64,000 nt of DNA, taken from positions 63,905,252 to 63,969,251 of the forward strand of contig NC_068989.1 in the NCBI RefSeq assembly GCF_001194135.2, in the 5' to 3' direction. Source of the DNA: Octopus bimaculoides. Its lineage: Eukaryota. Of the stretch, positions 12,390 to 25,924 are shown piece by piece (positions within the stretch are counted from its first letter, which is position 1; each line of letters opens with the position of its first letter). The notes below the pieces were generated by a model, which saw only the letters and a program-made list of their open reading frames with translations, ran no database searches and was not told the origin of the DNA. The position numbers and the translations under genes are program-made.

Positions 12390-14040
12390 AATATATAGAG
12401 ATTTATGGGAAATAATTTTTCCGATGGGTTGGAGAGAGGAGTTTAGGAAAATTCACGCGATCCAACTATTTTTTTCCGCGTACCTTCCAGAAAATGTGTA
12501 TCTTTTACTGAAAGTTCATACAAATACCTTTGAAACAGCATAGATTACCATTATAAAGAAATTTGTGGGGAAATTGTTTTCCGAGTGTATGAGAGAGGAG
12601 CTTCGAATCAAGAAGACCAAATATGTTAGAACTACTCTGTTTTGACAGGGATTTCCCCCATTTTTCTTTAACCATGGCCTTCCGAATGATGGGGTTGGCG
12701 TGGGGTTCATGTTTGTATGACAAGGAAGAAGTTTTGAAAATTGTTTAGAACTCCACCCCACCCATCATCCCACTCCGGACCTAGTTTGGCTAACTCTTGT
12801 CGCACTTCAAAACCGGGAGCGGAGCCTTTTCGGTAAAAAAAAAAGAAATTTTCAGAAGGAAAAGTGAGTGATTTAAGGGAGATTTAGTTGTTGTCTCTAG
12901 CACATCCCAAAACAACCTGCCACGTTTCTTTATCACTCTCGCCTATATTGATGCTTTTAAATATTTTTCACCCCATAAATACAGTTATATGCTATAGAAA
13001 AGAAAATTTGAAAAATTATGAATTTTTTGCAACCCCACTCCCTGCCACCGATTGTTTATGTTTATAATTTAAAATACTGGAGAATCTGAGAAGGTCATTG
13101 CTGGCATTTATCCACAGTGATTTAAAGAAAGATTTTCGTAAACGATGATTCATTTTAATAGCATACTTTTCAGTTAGGAAATGTTTTTCTTACACACACG
13201 CGCGCGCGCTTACATACGGCTTCGCTTGATTGATGTGGGGTTTTAGATCACAATTCTTTTTTTACTTATATTCCACTAACGAACAACGCGTGTGTTCGGC
13301 ATCATCATTCAATAAAATGTGTTTAACGGGAGAAAAATATTGAAAAAAACTTCGATACATATGAGAGTGATAACGGAGAGTGATTTGGGTTGTGCTAGAA
13401 ACATCAGCCAAACTTCCCTTGAATTGTTCACCTTTTCCTCTGAAAACATTTACAACTTTGTTTTTGTCCTTACTGAAAAGGTTTCTCCCATGGCCTTTAA
13501 TATTTTTTTTAAATGGCCAAAAACGGTCCGGATAGTTATTATTGCAATGCTTATACTGTTCCAAACAGCCGTAACAAAAAAGCTCCCTTGAATTATTCAC
13601 CTCTTCCTCTGAAAATATTTACAACTTTCTTTTTTAAAGCAAAATGGCTCCTGTCATAGTTTATAAGTTTTAAAAAATGACCAAAATCCCACCGGATAGT
13701 TATTATGTAAGTCTTATAGCGTTCCAAACAGCCATAACAACAAAATCCCTTTTTTTTTTTTTCTAAAAGACTATACAGGTATATTAAAAAATTATCGTTT
13801 TATCAAAAATATTCATTAAGCAAACTCCAGAAACTGATAATATTCTTGAAATTGTGCCTCATATCACAGTTATACAGCTATTTTGTCTAATAGCATGCAT
13901 TCATTCAACACAAAATCACTTAAAAATTATACAAGTATATTTTTAAAAATTTCATTTCATCAAAAATATTCATTTAACAAACTCCAGAAACTGATAATAT
14001 TCTTGAAATTGTGCCTCGTATTAAAGTTATACAGCTATTA
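12390..14040. repeat. Region with three separate diverged tandem duplications spaced about 157-169 bp
   Basis: Pairs: attt(a/g)tggggaaat...gagagaggag at 12401/12561; tcccttgaatt...ccaaacagcc at 13415/13584; atcaaaaatattc...gaaactgataatattcttgaaattgtgcctc at 13802/13959. Confidence 0.8.
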
Positions 14041-15973
14041 TTAAATTATCATGTATGAAAATAGAGGCGAGAGAGAGTGAGAGACTGTTGCAAATGAAAA
14101 CGGAAAACATCGCCTGCAACTAATTCATATTGTTTATTATTAAACATTTAAATCTACTCTGCAGTGAACGCAATTAAAATTTAATTTGTGAAAAATTGGA
14201 CGCTGGGAATCCAATGCATATTTAAATTTTCGAAAAATTAGAGTTCAAAAATTGAATAAACTTCAGAAATTGAAAGTATAGGAAATTCTTTAGGACGTAA
14301 ATTTATAATTCCAGACGATGAAGCCTTTAATAATTGCTTTCTTTTAGTACTTTTAGCAACTGTCACATACCTAGTTAATTAGCAGCGTTCTCCATTATCA
14401 TATATATATATATATATATAAGACAATACATATTATATGTGTGAGTCTGTTATATATTATATATTATAATATTATTCATATTATATTTTTATATGTCTAT
14501 ATTCTATATAATGCATATTCGTATCATATCTATGTATGTTTGCATGTATATGTAAATTATATCGTATCATATATAGAGAGGATATGCAATATCTAGACAT
14601 TAATACAACAATATGTCTCTACCTGCCGACTTTTGTTTCACGGTTAAAGTAGTAACTCAGAATAAAAGCGAAATAGGTTGTGTCAGTGGTGGAGGCGTTG
14701 GTAGTGGGATAATAAAGAATAGAAAAATATACAGTCAGCGAGAGAGAGAGCGTTACAAAAGAGACAGAGAATGCCTAAGTAAAAGGAATGCAAATAATGT
14801 TTGGTAATAGTAAATTGTGATAATAGATGCAGAGTTAATGGTGTTTATTTTTTGTTTTGCTTATGATGGCTGTTGTTCGGTTGTTGTGTATACTCATGCT
14901 AATAATGGTAGCGGCGTCGATATGGCTCCATGACAATTAAACGTACAAAGACGCAACGTAAAATTTCATAATTGTCGGTCCACTAATGCATGCTCTTTGC
15001 CGTCATCTCCTTACGACTTACAACCACTATCACCTTCGTTAATTAGCACCATACGAATATCATCACCACAAGAGATTATAACAATTCTCAGTGCATATAT
15101 ATATAGATACATGTTGGATGCGTGTGTGCGCATTTGCATCTCCATAGGCTTATAAGACTACATCGATTCATCGGTATTACTTTTGTTACATTTTCTCCGA
15201 TTTTCTTAACAAATACTTGTCTCTTCATTTTCTATATCTTCCTCCTCCTCCTCCTCCTCCTCCTACACCTCCTCCACACGCCCTCTCTCTTTCTCTCTCT
15301 CTCTCTCTCTCTTTCACTCTCGTTAGCTCACCTGCCATTCGCTGTAGCATCCACTTTCAACGTAATCCCGATTACAGTATTACAGTTCTCAAAAATAGAG
15401 AAATCCGTATAAATTTCACGGGTTTCACGTTGTACCTTCTCTACTTCATGCCACTTTTTACTGGCATATGTCATACTATTACCAACAGCTACTTTACAAA
15501 TATCCATCACTTAGCTTCTATCGTATTACTATTATTCTATCGTATTATATAGTATTACTATAGTAGTATTCGATCGTATTACTATTTCTTTACACTCTGC
15601 CAATACAATCTGTTTCATTACTCTCTCTAGCAATCGCATCTCTCCCATCTTTTCCAATATCTTTCCATTTCTTTTCAAGCGTTATATTAATAAGACTTTT
15701 ATTATAATATGTCCATCCTGTAATTTATCTTATTTTTCCTCCCTCATCATATATACCTACATACATATATCTGTCTAGATGTGTGTGCATGCATGTGTGT
15801 GCGTGCGTGTGTGTGTATGTGTGTATGCATTTATGTATGTGCATATATATGTATATATATATATAATATATATGTGTATGTATGTATCTTTGTATATATG
15901 CTTGTCTCTACAGTCGTCGAAGAATACATGAGTCAGAAGTTAGAAACGGGTTGGTAAGATCAGCTGTAACGGA

Positions 15974-16008
<35 letters not shown>

Positions 16009-16062
16009 NNNNNNNNNNGTATGCATTTATGTATGTGCATATATATGTATATATATATATAA

Positions 16063-17910
16063 ACTGGTAATATGTACCCTGTTACTATCCAGGAATACAA
16101 CATATTCATCAAGAAGGAACTCTATAAGTCTTATAAGCTAGCACTGACATCCGCCCTTGACAACATCAACACCAACAATTCCAAGCTTATGAACAATTTA
16201 CAGGTGGACGACCGCACAGAACGTTACTGCTCTATATCTCCACACTTCAACTTTAAAGATCATAATAAGGACTTCATAACTAAACGATCGATACGCCTCG
16301 TATGCCCTACCGAAACCGATCTGAGAAGAATAAGCAAAACTGTTCTCGATAAAATAATACCAATCGTCAAGGAGAAATTGCACGTCAACTTATGGTTCTG
16401 TACAGATGAAGTCATGACATGGTTCTGTCTCTTAAACAGCAAAAACTTCTTATTTCCTACAATTCGATATAAACAATTACTACCCTTCTATTTCTCCCAA
16501 ACTTCTCAATCAAGCGTTCCTTCTAGCTAAGAATCTATCTAACCTAACCCCACTAGAAATTAACATAATCTTTAATGCCCGTAAAACCCTTATTTCTTTT
16601 TAGAACAAACTTTGGTGCCGGGTCAACCATTGTAACTACAATAAAAACCATAACAAATTATTTGACATTACTACGGGATCATCTGACACCACCCAAGACA
16701 CCGACCACGTCGGACTATACATTCTCCACCAGCTCCAAATATATTTCTCTAGCATCAAAGGAGGCCTTTACAGAGATGACGCGTTGCTACTCACCATGAG
16801 TTTAAATAAATCCTCTTTATAACGAACTAGGAAAGATCGACACATTTTTTTCTCTTGCCTCAATCTACCTATTATTTTTGGAAATTCACACAAAACCATA
16901 AATTTTCTAGACGTGACTTTAAACTTGAAAACCTTCCAATACTCCCAATATCACAAACCTAACCAATACCTTAATTAGTTAAACATTAATTCCAATCACC
17001 ACAAATCCACCTTTGACAATATAGTTAAGGATATCTCAATTCGTATATCTGACCTCTCATACACCGAGTAAATATTCAATAACCACGCCCCATATTACAA
17101 CCAAGTGCTCGCTGTCAGCGGCTTCTTCCAAAAAGTAAAATACATCCCTAATACTAGGTTCAAGCAACATATATCTCAAATCATATCACAACGACATGCG
17201 AACTACAAGAATCACAACAGACCACACATACACTATACTAGAACCCCGGCAGAGCCCAGACTCAGACAACGTAGACCCCACACGCTCACATATAACACTA
17301 AGTTAAAAGCTAAAACATCTAAAAATAACGGCTATATTACCCACCTCTAATTTCCAAAAATATAGATAACACTACCCTTAAACAACGGAAAAAGCGGTGG
17401 ACGTTCTATTCTATTGTATACACTCCCTTTTCAATAAACGTTAAGGACTTAGCCAAATCCTATTTTAATATACTGGACTCCAACTTCCCTCGTCAGCATA
17501 AATATTACTCTATTTTTAATAGATCTACCATAAAGCTATCCTACTCTTCCCTGCCCAACTTTGAGTCTATTATAACAGCCTCTACTAAACGGAAAATTTC
17601 TATTATCAAGATTTACATTGTAAAAACTCAGAATACACGAGCGCCCAACATATACATAGCTCCAATATCGAACCCTATATTTTAGTCCACAACAGAAACC
17701 CTACCAATCCTATTAACACTAACCACAATACTACTACCATAACTTCCACCACTATTACAGATAGAACAAATAACAACAAGGATAGAAATAGTAATGATAG
17801 TAGTAATAATAATGTTAATAACCGTATCTAACCTCTCCTTTGACAGTATTACTCCTTCATTCCTGAGAATAATTCCCACAATGCACTACCATGTAACTGC
17901 CGGTAGCATC
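16063..17910 (+). mobile_element. Penelope-like element: degenerate RT, thumb and linker up to the CNCR motif
   Basis: FKDHNKDF...RLVCPTETDLRRISKTVLDKI; FDITTGSSD; catalytic GLYRDDALL at about 16762; INFLDVTLNL; NSNH; FNRSTIKLSYSSLPN; PCNCR at about 17900. Many stops and frameshifts. Confidence 0.9.
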
Positions 17911-18709
17911 GTTGGATTTATTGAATCAGTTTCATCTAAGGATAAATATATTATCCCATTTTAATATGAAGCTTGAAACTATGGAATATTAAGTTGAATA
18001 TAATTATTATAATTTAATATAAATATCTATAAATGTATGTGTGTATGTACGTTTTTGCTTATCACTTTATCACTTTCACTATACTCTACTTTTACCCGTT
18101 AGGGAAAACCTGAATGGAAAACTATAAAAAGCTTTCCGTTATTCCTCTGTGACACTCGATAATAAATAAAATGGGTTAGATTTTCAAACATGTAATTATG
18201 CACTGGAAAGTCGCACCCCACATTACATCGTATAAATGAGGAATATTCTATATCAGCCTAAATTCAGTAATAAGCAGGAAAAAAATTTCTGAAAATTCTC
18301 TTATAAACAAGATAGTAAATTTAAAGCTTCCTATTAAGCTATACGCCATATCTGACACAAATGAGAGAATTCATAATATATAAGTTTTGTACATGAAAGG
18401 AATTGGATCAAATGCTAAATAGTACAAGCCTTTCTCTCTGAGTTCACAGCTGACAAGTTATACACGATAAATGAAAGAACCTTGTATCATAATTAGAGGG
18501 CATTGCTTTCGACAGAACATAGTTTTGTCCCTGTATAAGCTACTTCACACAATTCCTACAGCATTGAGGCTGTATAATGAACTATTGCAGTGTAGTTGTG
18601 TTACATCACAAACTTTGCGAAAGCTTTGGGCAAACTGATCATGGAATATTGTCACAGCTTCTGTGGTACATGCAAAGCGGGGAAACGAAGAAAATTGCTC
18701 ACTGTGTTT

Positions 18710-18938
18710 CTCATGGAGATATTAATATTGTTCTCCATCAGAACATTACATTTATGAATCACATTTACTGCTAGACATCGACCAGAAAGTGGACATGACA
18801 TTTTGTCTAAACAATTGCGTCTAATATTATCTAAGAGATGAAATTTATTATTACGGGTATACGATCCTTTATTATGGCGAATTAGTTCAAGCTCACGAGA
18901 ATTACCGGTGTTCACTTGGTTGTTACCGGGGTTTATAT
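18710..18938 (-). mobile_element. Penelope-like linker and start of GIY-YIG region (left of the mariner insertion)
   Basis: RNCLDKMSCPLSGRCLAVNVIHKCNV matches the CNC....CPL.G.CL..NVIY.A.V motif preceding the Penelope GIY-YIG domain. Confidence 0.78.
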
Positions 18939-18940
18939 TA

Positions 18941-19661
18941 TTAGGCCATCGAGTATGAAATTTGTAGAAAAGAAGAAAAGTTTGGTGCTTTATAAATACA
19001 AGGAATAGTTTTATTCATCAAAGTATGCACCCATATTGTCAATACACTTTTGCCATTTCAGCGGTAGCTTGTCCAGCCTGGAACTGTAAAAGCCTGGCAA
19101 TCTAGAATCAATAAAATCTTGGAAAGCCTGTTTTACAGCATCGTCAAAATTAATTTTTTTTCTTCTCAAAAAGTTATCCAAATTCTGGAAGATGTGATGG
19201 TCAATGGAAGCAAGATCAAGTGAGTATGGTGGATGATGGAGCACTTCCAACTCCAGCTCCTGTAGTATCGCCAATATCAATTTTGCGATGTGTGGTCTGG
19301 CGTTGTCTAGCAATAAAATAAGAGTGATATTCTGCAAACCAATTTGATACTGTTTGCTGTGTAATAACATTAGAATGAAATACTCCATTAATATTCCGAG
19401 CTGTCTGTGATGCTTTATTTCCCAGAAAGAACTCATATCTCAAAACTGTGGGAATTTCCGATTTATGCATCTCTAAACAAAAATAGCAAAAATCGATTTA
19501 TAAATGCTTTATAAAGCAAAAAAATGAGTTCGAATAAAGAAATAGATGTGTCAGCTTTCTAACAAAAAATAAAGATTGTCAAAATACAATACTGGCGCAA
19601 AATGAGCAGTTGTCAAAATTTACCATATATCTTACTGCAAATTTCATACTTGGCGACCTAA
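18941..19661 (-). mobile_element. Non-autonomous mariner, internally deleted, with both TIRs and TA target duplication
   Basis: TIRs ttaggccatcgagtatgaaatttgtag (18941-18967) and ctgcaaatttcatacttggcgacctaa (19635-19661), each flanked by TA. N-terminal MHKSEIPTVLRYEF...TARNINGVF...TVSNWF is joined directly to C-terminal LLLDNARPH...HPPYSLDLASIDHHIF...KWQKCIDNMGAYFD. Confidence 0.95.
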
Positions 19662-19663
19662 TA

Positions 19664-19930
19664 CTAGGATCAATACTATATAATTTGTTACCGAGCCCAG
19701 GGTTGAAGAATGTGGGTACTGAGCATTGTTGTATGAAATTTGGCTTTCAGGTAGTGACACTAGAGAATCGAGGGTAGGCTGTATAATGGAAAACTTTTCA
19801 GCACAAGTGTCAGTGTTGTTAGCGTTGAGCATATCGATAACATGAATGGAAGTCGGTGGATGGTCCTTACAGCTTGTGGAGAAAGTGTTAAGGTTGTGGG
19901 GAGTGCTATGATATAAGCTTAAGCTTGTAG
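19664..19930 (-). mobile_element. Probable continuation of the Penelope-like fragment to the right of the mariner
   Basis: Removing the mariner and one TA gives a continuous frame KPNFIQQCSVPTFFNPGLGNKLYSIDPS|NINPGNNQ...CPLSGRCL. Homology of this part alone is weak. Confidence 0.5.
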
Positions 19931-19984
19931 AATCAGTTCTTATAATTATTAATCAGTTATTATTATTATTATTATTATTATTAT

Positions 19985-20289
19985 TGTTCAGTAGTTTTAT
20001 TTTTATAACGTGCTTTCACTTCACTACCGAGCGCAGTTCTGTGCGCCTTGGGTATGTGCTGTGGTTTGCTGTGATGCTCTTATGTTTACTGTATTGAAAG
20101 TGTTTTGCGTAGAATATGTGCAGTACCCAGTAGTGCAATTTTCTGTATGTTATATATATTTGTAAGTCCTGGTGTTTTTGTTATGTATTTGTCTGAATAT
20201 TTTTTTATTATATCTAAGGCACCTACTATGATAGGAATTGTTTCTGTTTTTAGACTCCACATTCGAGTTATCTCTATTTCCAGGTCTTT

Positions 20290-20290
<1 letters not shown>
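19985..20290 (-). mobile_element. R4/Dong-like non-LTR retrotransposon, 5'-truncated 3' end inside (TAA)n
   Basis: KDLEIEITRMWSLKTETIPIIVGALDII...IQKIALLGTAHILRKTLSIQ* then a 3' UTR running into (TAA)n; (TAA)n also at the 5' junction; same family as 53325-53810. Confidence 0.85.
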
Positions 20291-20360
<70 letters not shown>

Positions 20361-21054
20361 TGTTACTAATATTATAATTATTATTATTATTACTATTCCT
20401 ATTATCATTATTATTATTATTGTTGTTATTTTCATTATTTTAATTTTTATTTTTATTTTTACTGATTTTCTTTCTACTTTCTAACACCAGTACCCCCATT
20501 TGAATTGTAAATGTTATTAATAATAATAACTATATTAATAACTACTTAGTGATACATTGTTAAGTATGGGTGGTTTATTTAGGCCAATATTTCCACAGAA
20601 TTAGAAGTCTGAGTTATAAAGTCATCTAGATTTCTCGTATTTAGACGGCCATGTGTTACTACATTACTATCACCATCCGCACCCCCTCTATACGTGTCAT
20701 TACTATTATGTGAGCCAGTAGCAGCCAGGTTTTCAAATTCGAGTTCCTGTTAATATTCTGCGTTAGAAAGATCGAATTGTAAAACTGAGAGTATGAATTG
20801 AAGATTTTATCATTCGCCGAAAGTTGCGTAATTCTACATTAAATTACCTTTAGCTAAAGAATAAATAATGGAGATAGGTTGATTGGAGAATTTGCTAACA
20901 TATTTAGTGATTTCATCTGGTTTTCTGTAGGGTTAGTATAATCGGGATTTAAGATTTAACAAGACGTCTAAGAAGTTAACTATTTTGGTACCTAGTTCGA
21001 AAGTTAAGTCTAGGTGAAAGTTACGGGAAAATTTCCTTTCATTCTGGCGCACAG

Positions 21055-21395
21055 CTTTGAAGAGTTTTGTTCAACGAATCAACTTCAGTACTTATTTAAG
21101 CCTACCACTTATTCTATCACTTCTTCAGCCGAACCGTTAAGTTACGGAGACGTAAACAAACCAACACCAGTTGTAAAACAGTGTGGGGGTCAAACTAAGG
21201 TACAACGACACACACACATACATAGGTATATATAAATACATATATACTTCAGGCTTCTTTCAGTTTCTATTCACCTAATCCACTCACAAGTATTCTGGCA
21301 CCCCAATGGTATAGTAGAAGACACTTGCTCAAGGTACCATGCAATGGCATGTGCTTGGGAAGCAAACTTCTTACCACACAGCCAGGCCAGCGCCT
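21055..21395 (-). mobile_element. SINE family A, near full length
   Basis: Reverse-complement head (cttcttaccacacagcc), gtagaagacacttgctcaaggtacc core, short CA/TA internal tract and the shared 3' half. Confidence 0.85.
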
Positions 21396-21792
21396 CAAAA
21401 TTTTTCTTTCGAAGCAGACAGCGTCAGCCGGCAATTGAACCCGGATCACTGTATAGCTGACAGTCCATGATAACGGTTTGTTGATAGTACACCCGATTAT
21501 AATCTTGATGATTTGAAGTGATAATTACTTAGAATATGCAAGCATATGAACAAATTTCTTTTTGCGAAAAGATTGGTCCAGCCCAATCAAGAATGAGCAG
21601 ATGTCTCGCAGACTTTGGACCCCTTTTCGTTTAATTATTCTACAACTAGTTTAATTATGACTTCTACAATCAAAAGAGAAGTAACTCTAATTTCTTTTTC
21701 TTATTTCCTTTCTTTTTTCATCTTTATTTATCCATTGCCTTCAAATTTCTAAATTCTCATGATGTGTGTGTGTTTGTGTTTATGTGTGTGCT

Positions 21793-21842
<50 letters not shown>

Positions 21843-22190
21843 TGCGTTTGTGTGTGTGTATTACTCAGGTCCGTATTCCCTGAATAATTCCTGGGTGTAG
21901 GACAGCTCCTTTTTTACATATATTCGGAAGGAGAACAAGATAAGCTGAACGTGTTCGGTGTGCAGCTTAGTCAAACTGTTAGTTAATACGTGTAACTTTA
22001 TCCAAATGTATTGAGTGCTACTTTCGTATATTCACTTGCCTGTAAATGTGTGTCTGTGTGTGTATGCGTATACATGTGTTTATATGTGTGTTTGTTGGTA
22101 TGTGTGTGTTCGCGTGTGTGTATGTGTGTGTAGGTATTTGCAAATACACAACGTATACGTATATGTGTGTTTGTGTTTGTGTGTGTGTGT

Positions 22191-22258
<68 letters not shown>

Positions 22259-22700
22259 CTGCGTGTGTGTGTGTGTGTGTGTGTTTTCACACCATATGTG
22301 TATCAGAGTAAAAACGAATAGCTTTATTCTCTGAACGTCCTTTAATAAATTTGATATTCATCATACAAGATGATTTATATATTTTTATCGATATACACTT
22401 TCTTATGTTCTGTGAGTTTTAATGGCTTCGACTATGATTCTCATTATATAACTTTGGCATTATCAGACAGAGAAATGTAAGACTTCCGATTCTCATAATC
22501 TACAGTCCTGACAATAATGTAATTTAAATCTTCCTGCGTCTACATTTAGGTGTTTTTCTGTTAAAAGCGGACATTTCTTCAATGCTGACGATCCGCCATG
22601 GCGTTTAAACAACTTTCTTATCACTTTGTCTGTGTAAATATATATAAGGTATAAGTTTGTGTGAGTGTGTGTGTGTGTGTGTGTATGTGTGTGTGTGTGA

Positions 22701-22748
<48 letters not shown>

Positions 22749-23109
22749 TCGCACACGAAGAAATACACACATACACACTTACATGCATATATTGGAGAGT
22801 TGGCGTGAACTACTGCTATGTCTAGCAGACGGGTATCCACCACCGAGGATGAGCACAGAGCTCAAAAGCGTACGATCTGGCTGTCCTGTCACTATATAAT
22901 GGTAGGGGTTCGCTCCCCTGCTTGCAATATATACATTTCCAGCTGAAGGAGGCATCCTTCTGAGGTTATAATGGTAGTAGTGTCAGTTCGTACAGGACAT
23001 CCATGTTGAAATGGAGTTAAACGTTACTTCTCAGTCTAGTTACAACATTCATCTCTAATAGAAATTTTCTAATTAATTGTATTAATAATTATATATATGC
23101 ATGCATGCA

Positions 23110-23155
<46 letters not shown>

Positions 23156-24214
23156 NNNNNNNNNNNNNNNNNNNNNNNNNNNNNNNNNNNNNNNNNNNNN
23201 NNNNNNNNNNNNNNNNNNNNNNNNNNNNNNNNNNNNNNNNNNNNNNNNNNNNNNNNNNNNNNNNNNNNNNNNNNNNNNNNNNNNNNNNNNNNNNNNNNNN
23301 NNNNNNNNNNNNNNNNNNNNNNNNNNNNNNNNNNNNNNNNNNNNNNNNNNNNNNNNNNNNNNNNNNNNNNNNNNNNNNNNNNNNNNNNNNNNNNNNNNNN
23401 NNNNNNNNNNNNNNNNNNNNNNNNNNNNNNNNNNNNNNNNNNNNNNNNNNNNNNNNNNNNNNNNNNNNNNNNNNNNNNNNNNNNNNNNNNNNNNNNNNNN
23501 NNNNNNNNNNNNNNNNNNNNNNNNNNNNNNNNNNNNNNNNNNNNNNNNNNNNNNNNNNNNNNNNNNNNNNNNNNNNNNAGAGAGAGAGAGACAGAGAGAG
23601 AGAGACAGAGAGAGAGAGAGAGAAATGTGTAAGAAAGGTGTACAGGTGTCAATTCATTACGCCCGTTTCGAGTGACTCATTTAATTAATTAATGAAAACA
23701 TTACATCATTGCAAAGAAACCGTTTTCATCAGATGACTGCATAGACTTCAAACAGAAAGGACAAACCAACTGCTTTAACATATTCGCATCACCAACGGAG
23801 CTTAAATACTTACATTGATTATGCTGCTATATCTTTAGCAGAATGAATTTAGAAAATAGTCTATGTAGTGTCGAATATACTAGAATTTAGAAGTCAGAAG
23901 AGGTTATAGTGGAGTGAAGAACAATTGACAGGAGTGACCTACTTACCTACACTTCGAAGACAATAGGGGCAATGTACTCTTCAATCATCCAAAATTAAAT
24001 CTTTTGGGAGTTGTAGCTGGATTGTGAACAAATGTGATGAATTAATTAATATCATGACAACTGCTTAGACTAAGTATTGGAAACTTATATCCTGTAACTA
24101 CCAAGTGCAAACTCTTCTACACAGTGTTTGATATTCACCTGATATTGTTTGGGTGTGCAAATTTGATCGACAAGGTGTCTCAGTTTAAGTACTTGATTGA
24201 AACTGAAACTTAAT

Positions 24215-24245
<31 letters not shown>

Positions 24246-25251
24246 NNNNNNNNNNNNNNNNNNNNNNNNNNNNNNNNNNNNNNNNNNNNNNNNNNNNNNN
24301 NNNNNNNNNNNNNNNNNNNNNNNNNNNNNNNNNNNNNNNNNNNNNNNNNNNNNNNNNNNNNNNNNNNNNNNNNNNNNNNNNNNNNNNNNNNNNNNNNNNN
24401 NNNNNNNNNNNNNNNNNNNNNNNNNNNNNNNNNNNNNNNNNNNNNNNNNNNNNNNNNNNNNNNNNNNNNNNNNNNNNNNNNNNNNNNNNNNNNNNNNNNN
24501 NNNNNNNNNNNNNNNNNNNNNNNNNNNNNNNNNNNNNNNNNNNNNNNNNNNNNNNNNNNNNNNNNNNNNNNNNNNNNNNNNNNNNNNNNNNNNNNNNNNN
24601 NNNNNNNNNNNNNNNNNNNNNNNNNNNNNNNNNNNNNNNNNNNNNNNNNNNNNNNNNNNNNNNNNNNNNNNNNNNNNNNNNNNNNNNNNNNNNNNNNNNN
24701 NNNNNNNNNNNNNNNNNNNNNNNNNNNNNNNNNNNNNNNNNNNNNNNNNNNNNNNNNNNNNNNNNNNNNNNNNNNNNNNNNNNNNNNNNNNNNNNNNNNN
24801 NNNNNNNNNNNNNNNNNNNNNNNNNNNNNNNNNNNNNNNNNNNNNNNNNNNNNNNNNNNNNNNNNNNNNNNNNNNNNNNNNNNNNNNNNNNNNNNNNNNN
24901 NNNNNNNNNNNNNNNNNNNNNNNNNNNNNNNNNNNNNNNNNNNNNNNNNNNNNNNNNNNNNNNNNNNNNNNNNNNNNNNNNNNNNNNNNNNNNNNNNNNN
25001 NNNNNNNNNNNNNNNNNNNNNNNNNNNNNNNNNNNNNNNNNNNNNNNNNNNNNNNNNNNNNNNNNNNNNNNNNNNNNNNNNNNNNNNNNNNNNNNNNNNN
25101 NNNNNNNNNNNNNNNNNNNNNNNNNNNTATATACATATACATATATATTCACTTATATATATATACCTATATTTACATTTAGAAATGCTTATATGTAATC
25201 AAGATTTTTGTAACTTATTACACATGTACTTGTATATTTAAAATATACTAC

Positions 25252-25304
<53 letters not shown>

Positions 25305-25884
25305 CTGACACACACACATGTGTGTGTGTATGAATATATACAGATGCATTAAAGACGCACACGCACAGGAGTACATTCTTATATACACTTACATTTTTAC
25401 ATATATACATAAATTCATCTATACATAAATACATTCCCGTTTTCAGAAGTGCTTACATACAGGTATACTCATATATATACATAGATACATACATACAAAC
25501 AAACACGCACAGGCACATGAAATGATAGGTAGACAAAAAGGTATATTGATTACATGATTTATTGATTTACCATTCTCTGAGAACTTTCACATACTCCTAA
25601 ATGTCAGCGTTTTATACACAATATCCTACGGCCATCAACGGATGTCGTTATCTATAAATAAACCCTAATTTTTCTCTTTTCTGTTTCTTTTTTTATGCAT
25701 TCTCTTCAATCTTTGACCATCAATTCCAGTCTAGGAACATTATTAGAGACGATTAATGACTTTTGAAACATATACATACATTTATGCGTGAGTACACTCA
25801 TACACACACAGATACACACATAGATACACACATACACATACATACACACACACACATATATATACATATGCATATATATGTATG

Positions 25885-25924
<40 letters not shown>

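Noticed and set aside
13262-13600. 112-aa and 90-aa ORFs on opposite strands
   Set aside because: They fall in the 169-bp tandem duplication and show no recognisable motif.
14880-15060. Inverted TAATTG sites and ACAAAG suggesting an enhancer
   Set aside because: Short motifs are expected by chance in AT-rich DNA; no conservation or chromatin data.
15823-16062. About 45-bp direct repeat flanking 15867-16018, resembling a target-site duplication
   Set aside because: It is microsatellite-like and the second copy starts at a 10-N gap; more likely a contig overlap or haplotype bubble.
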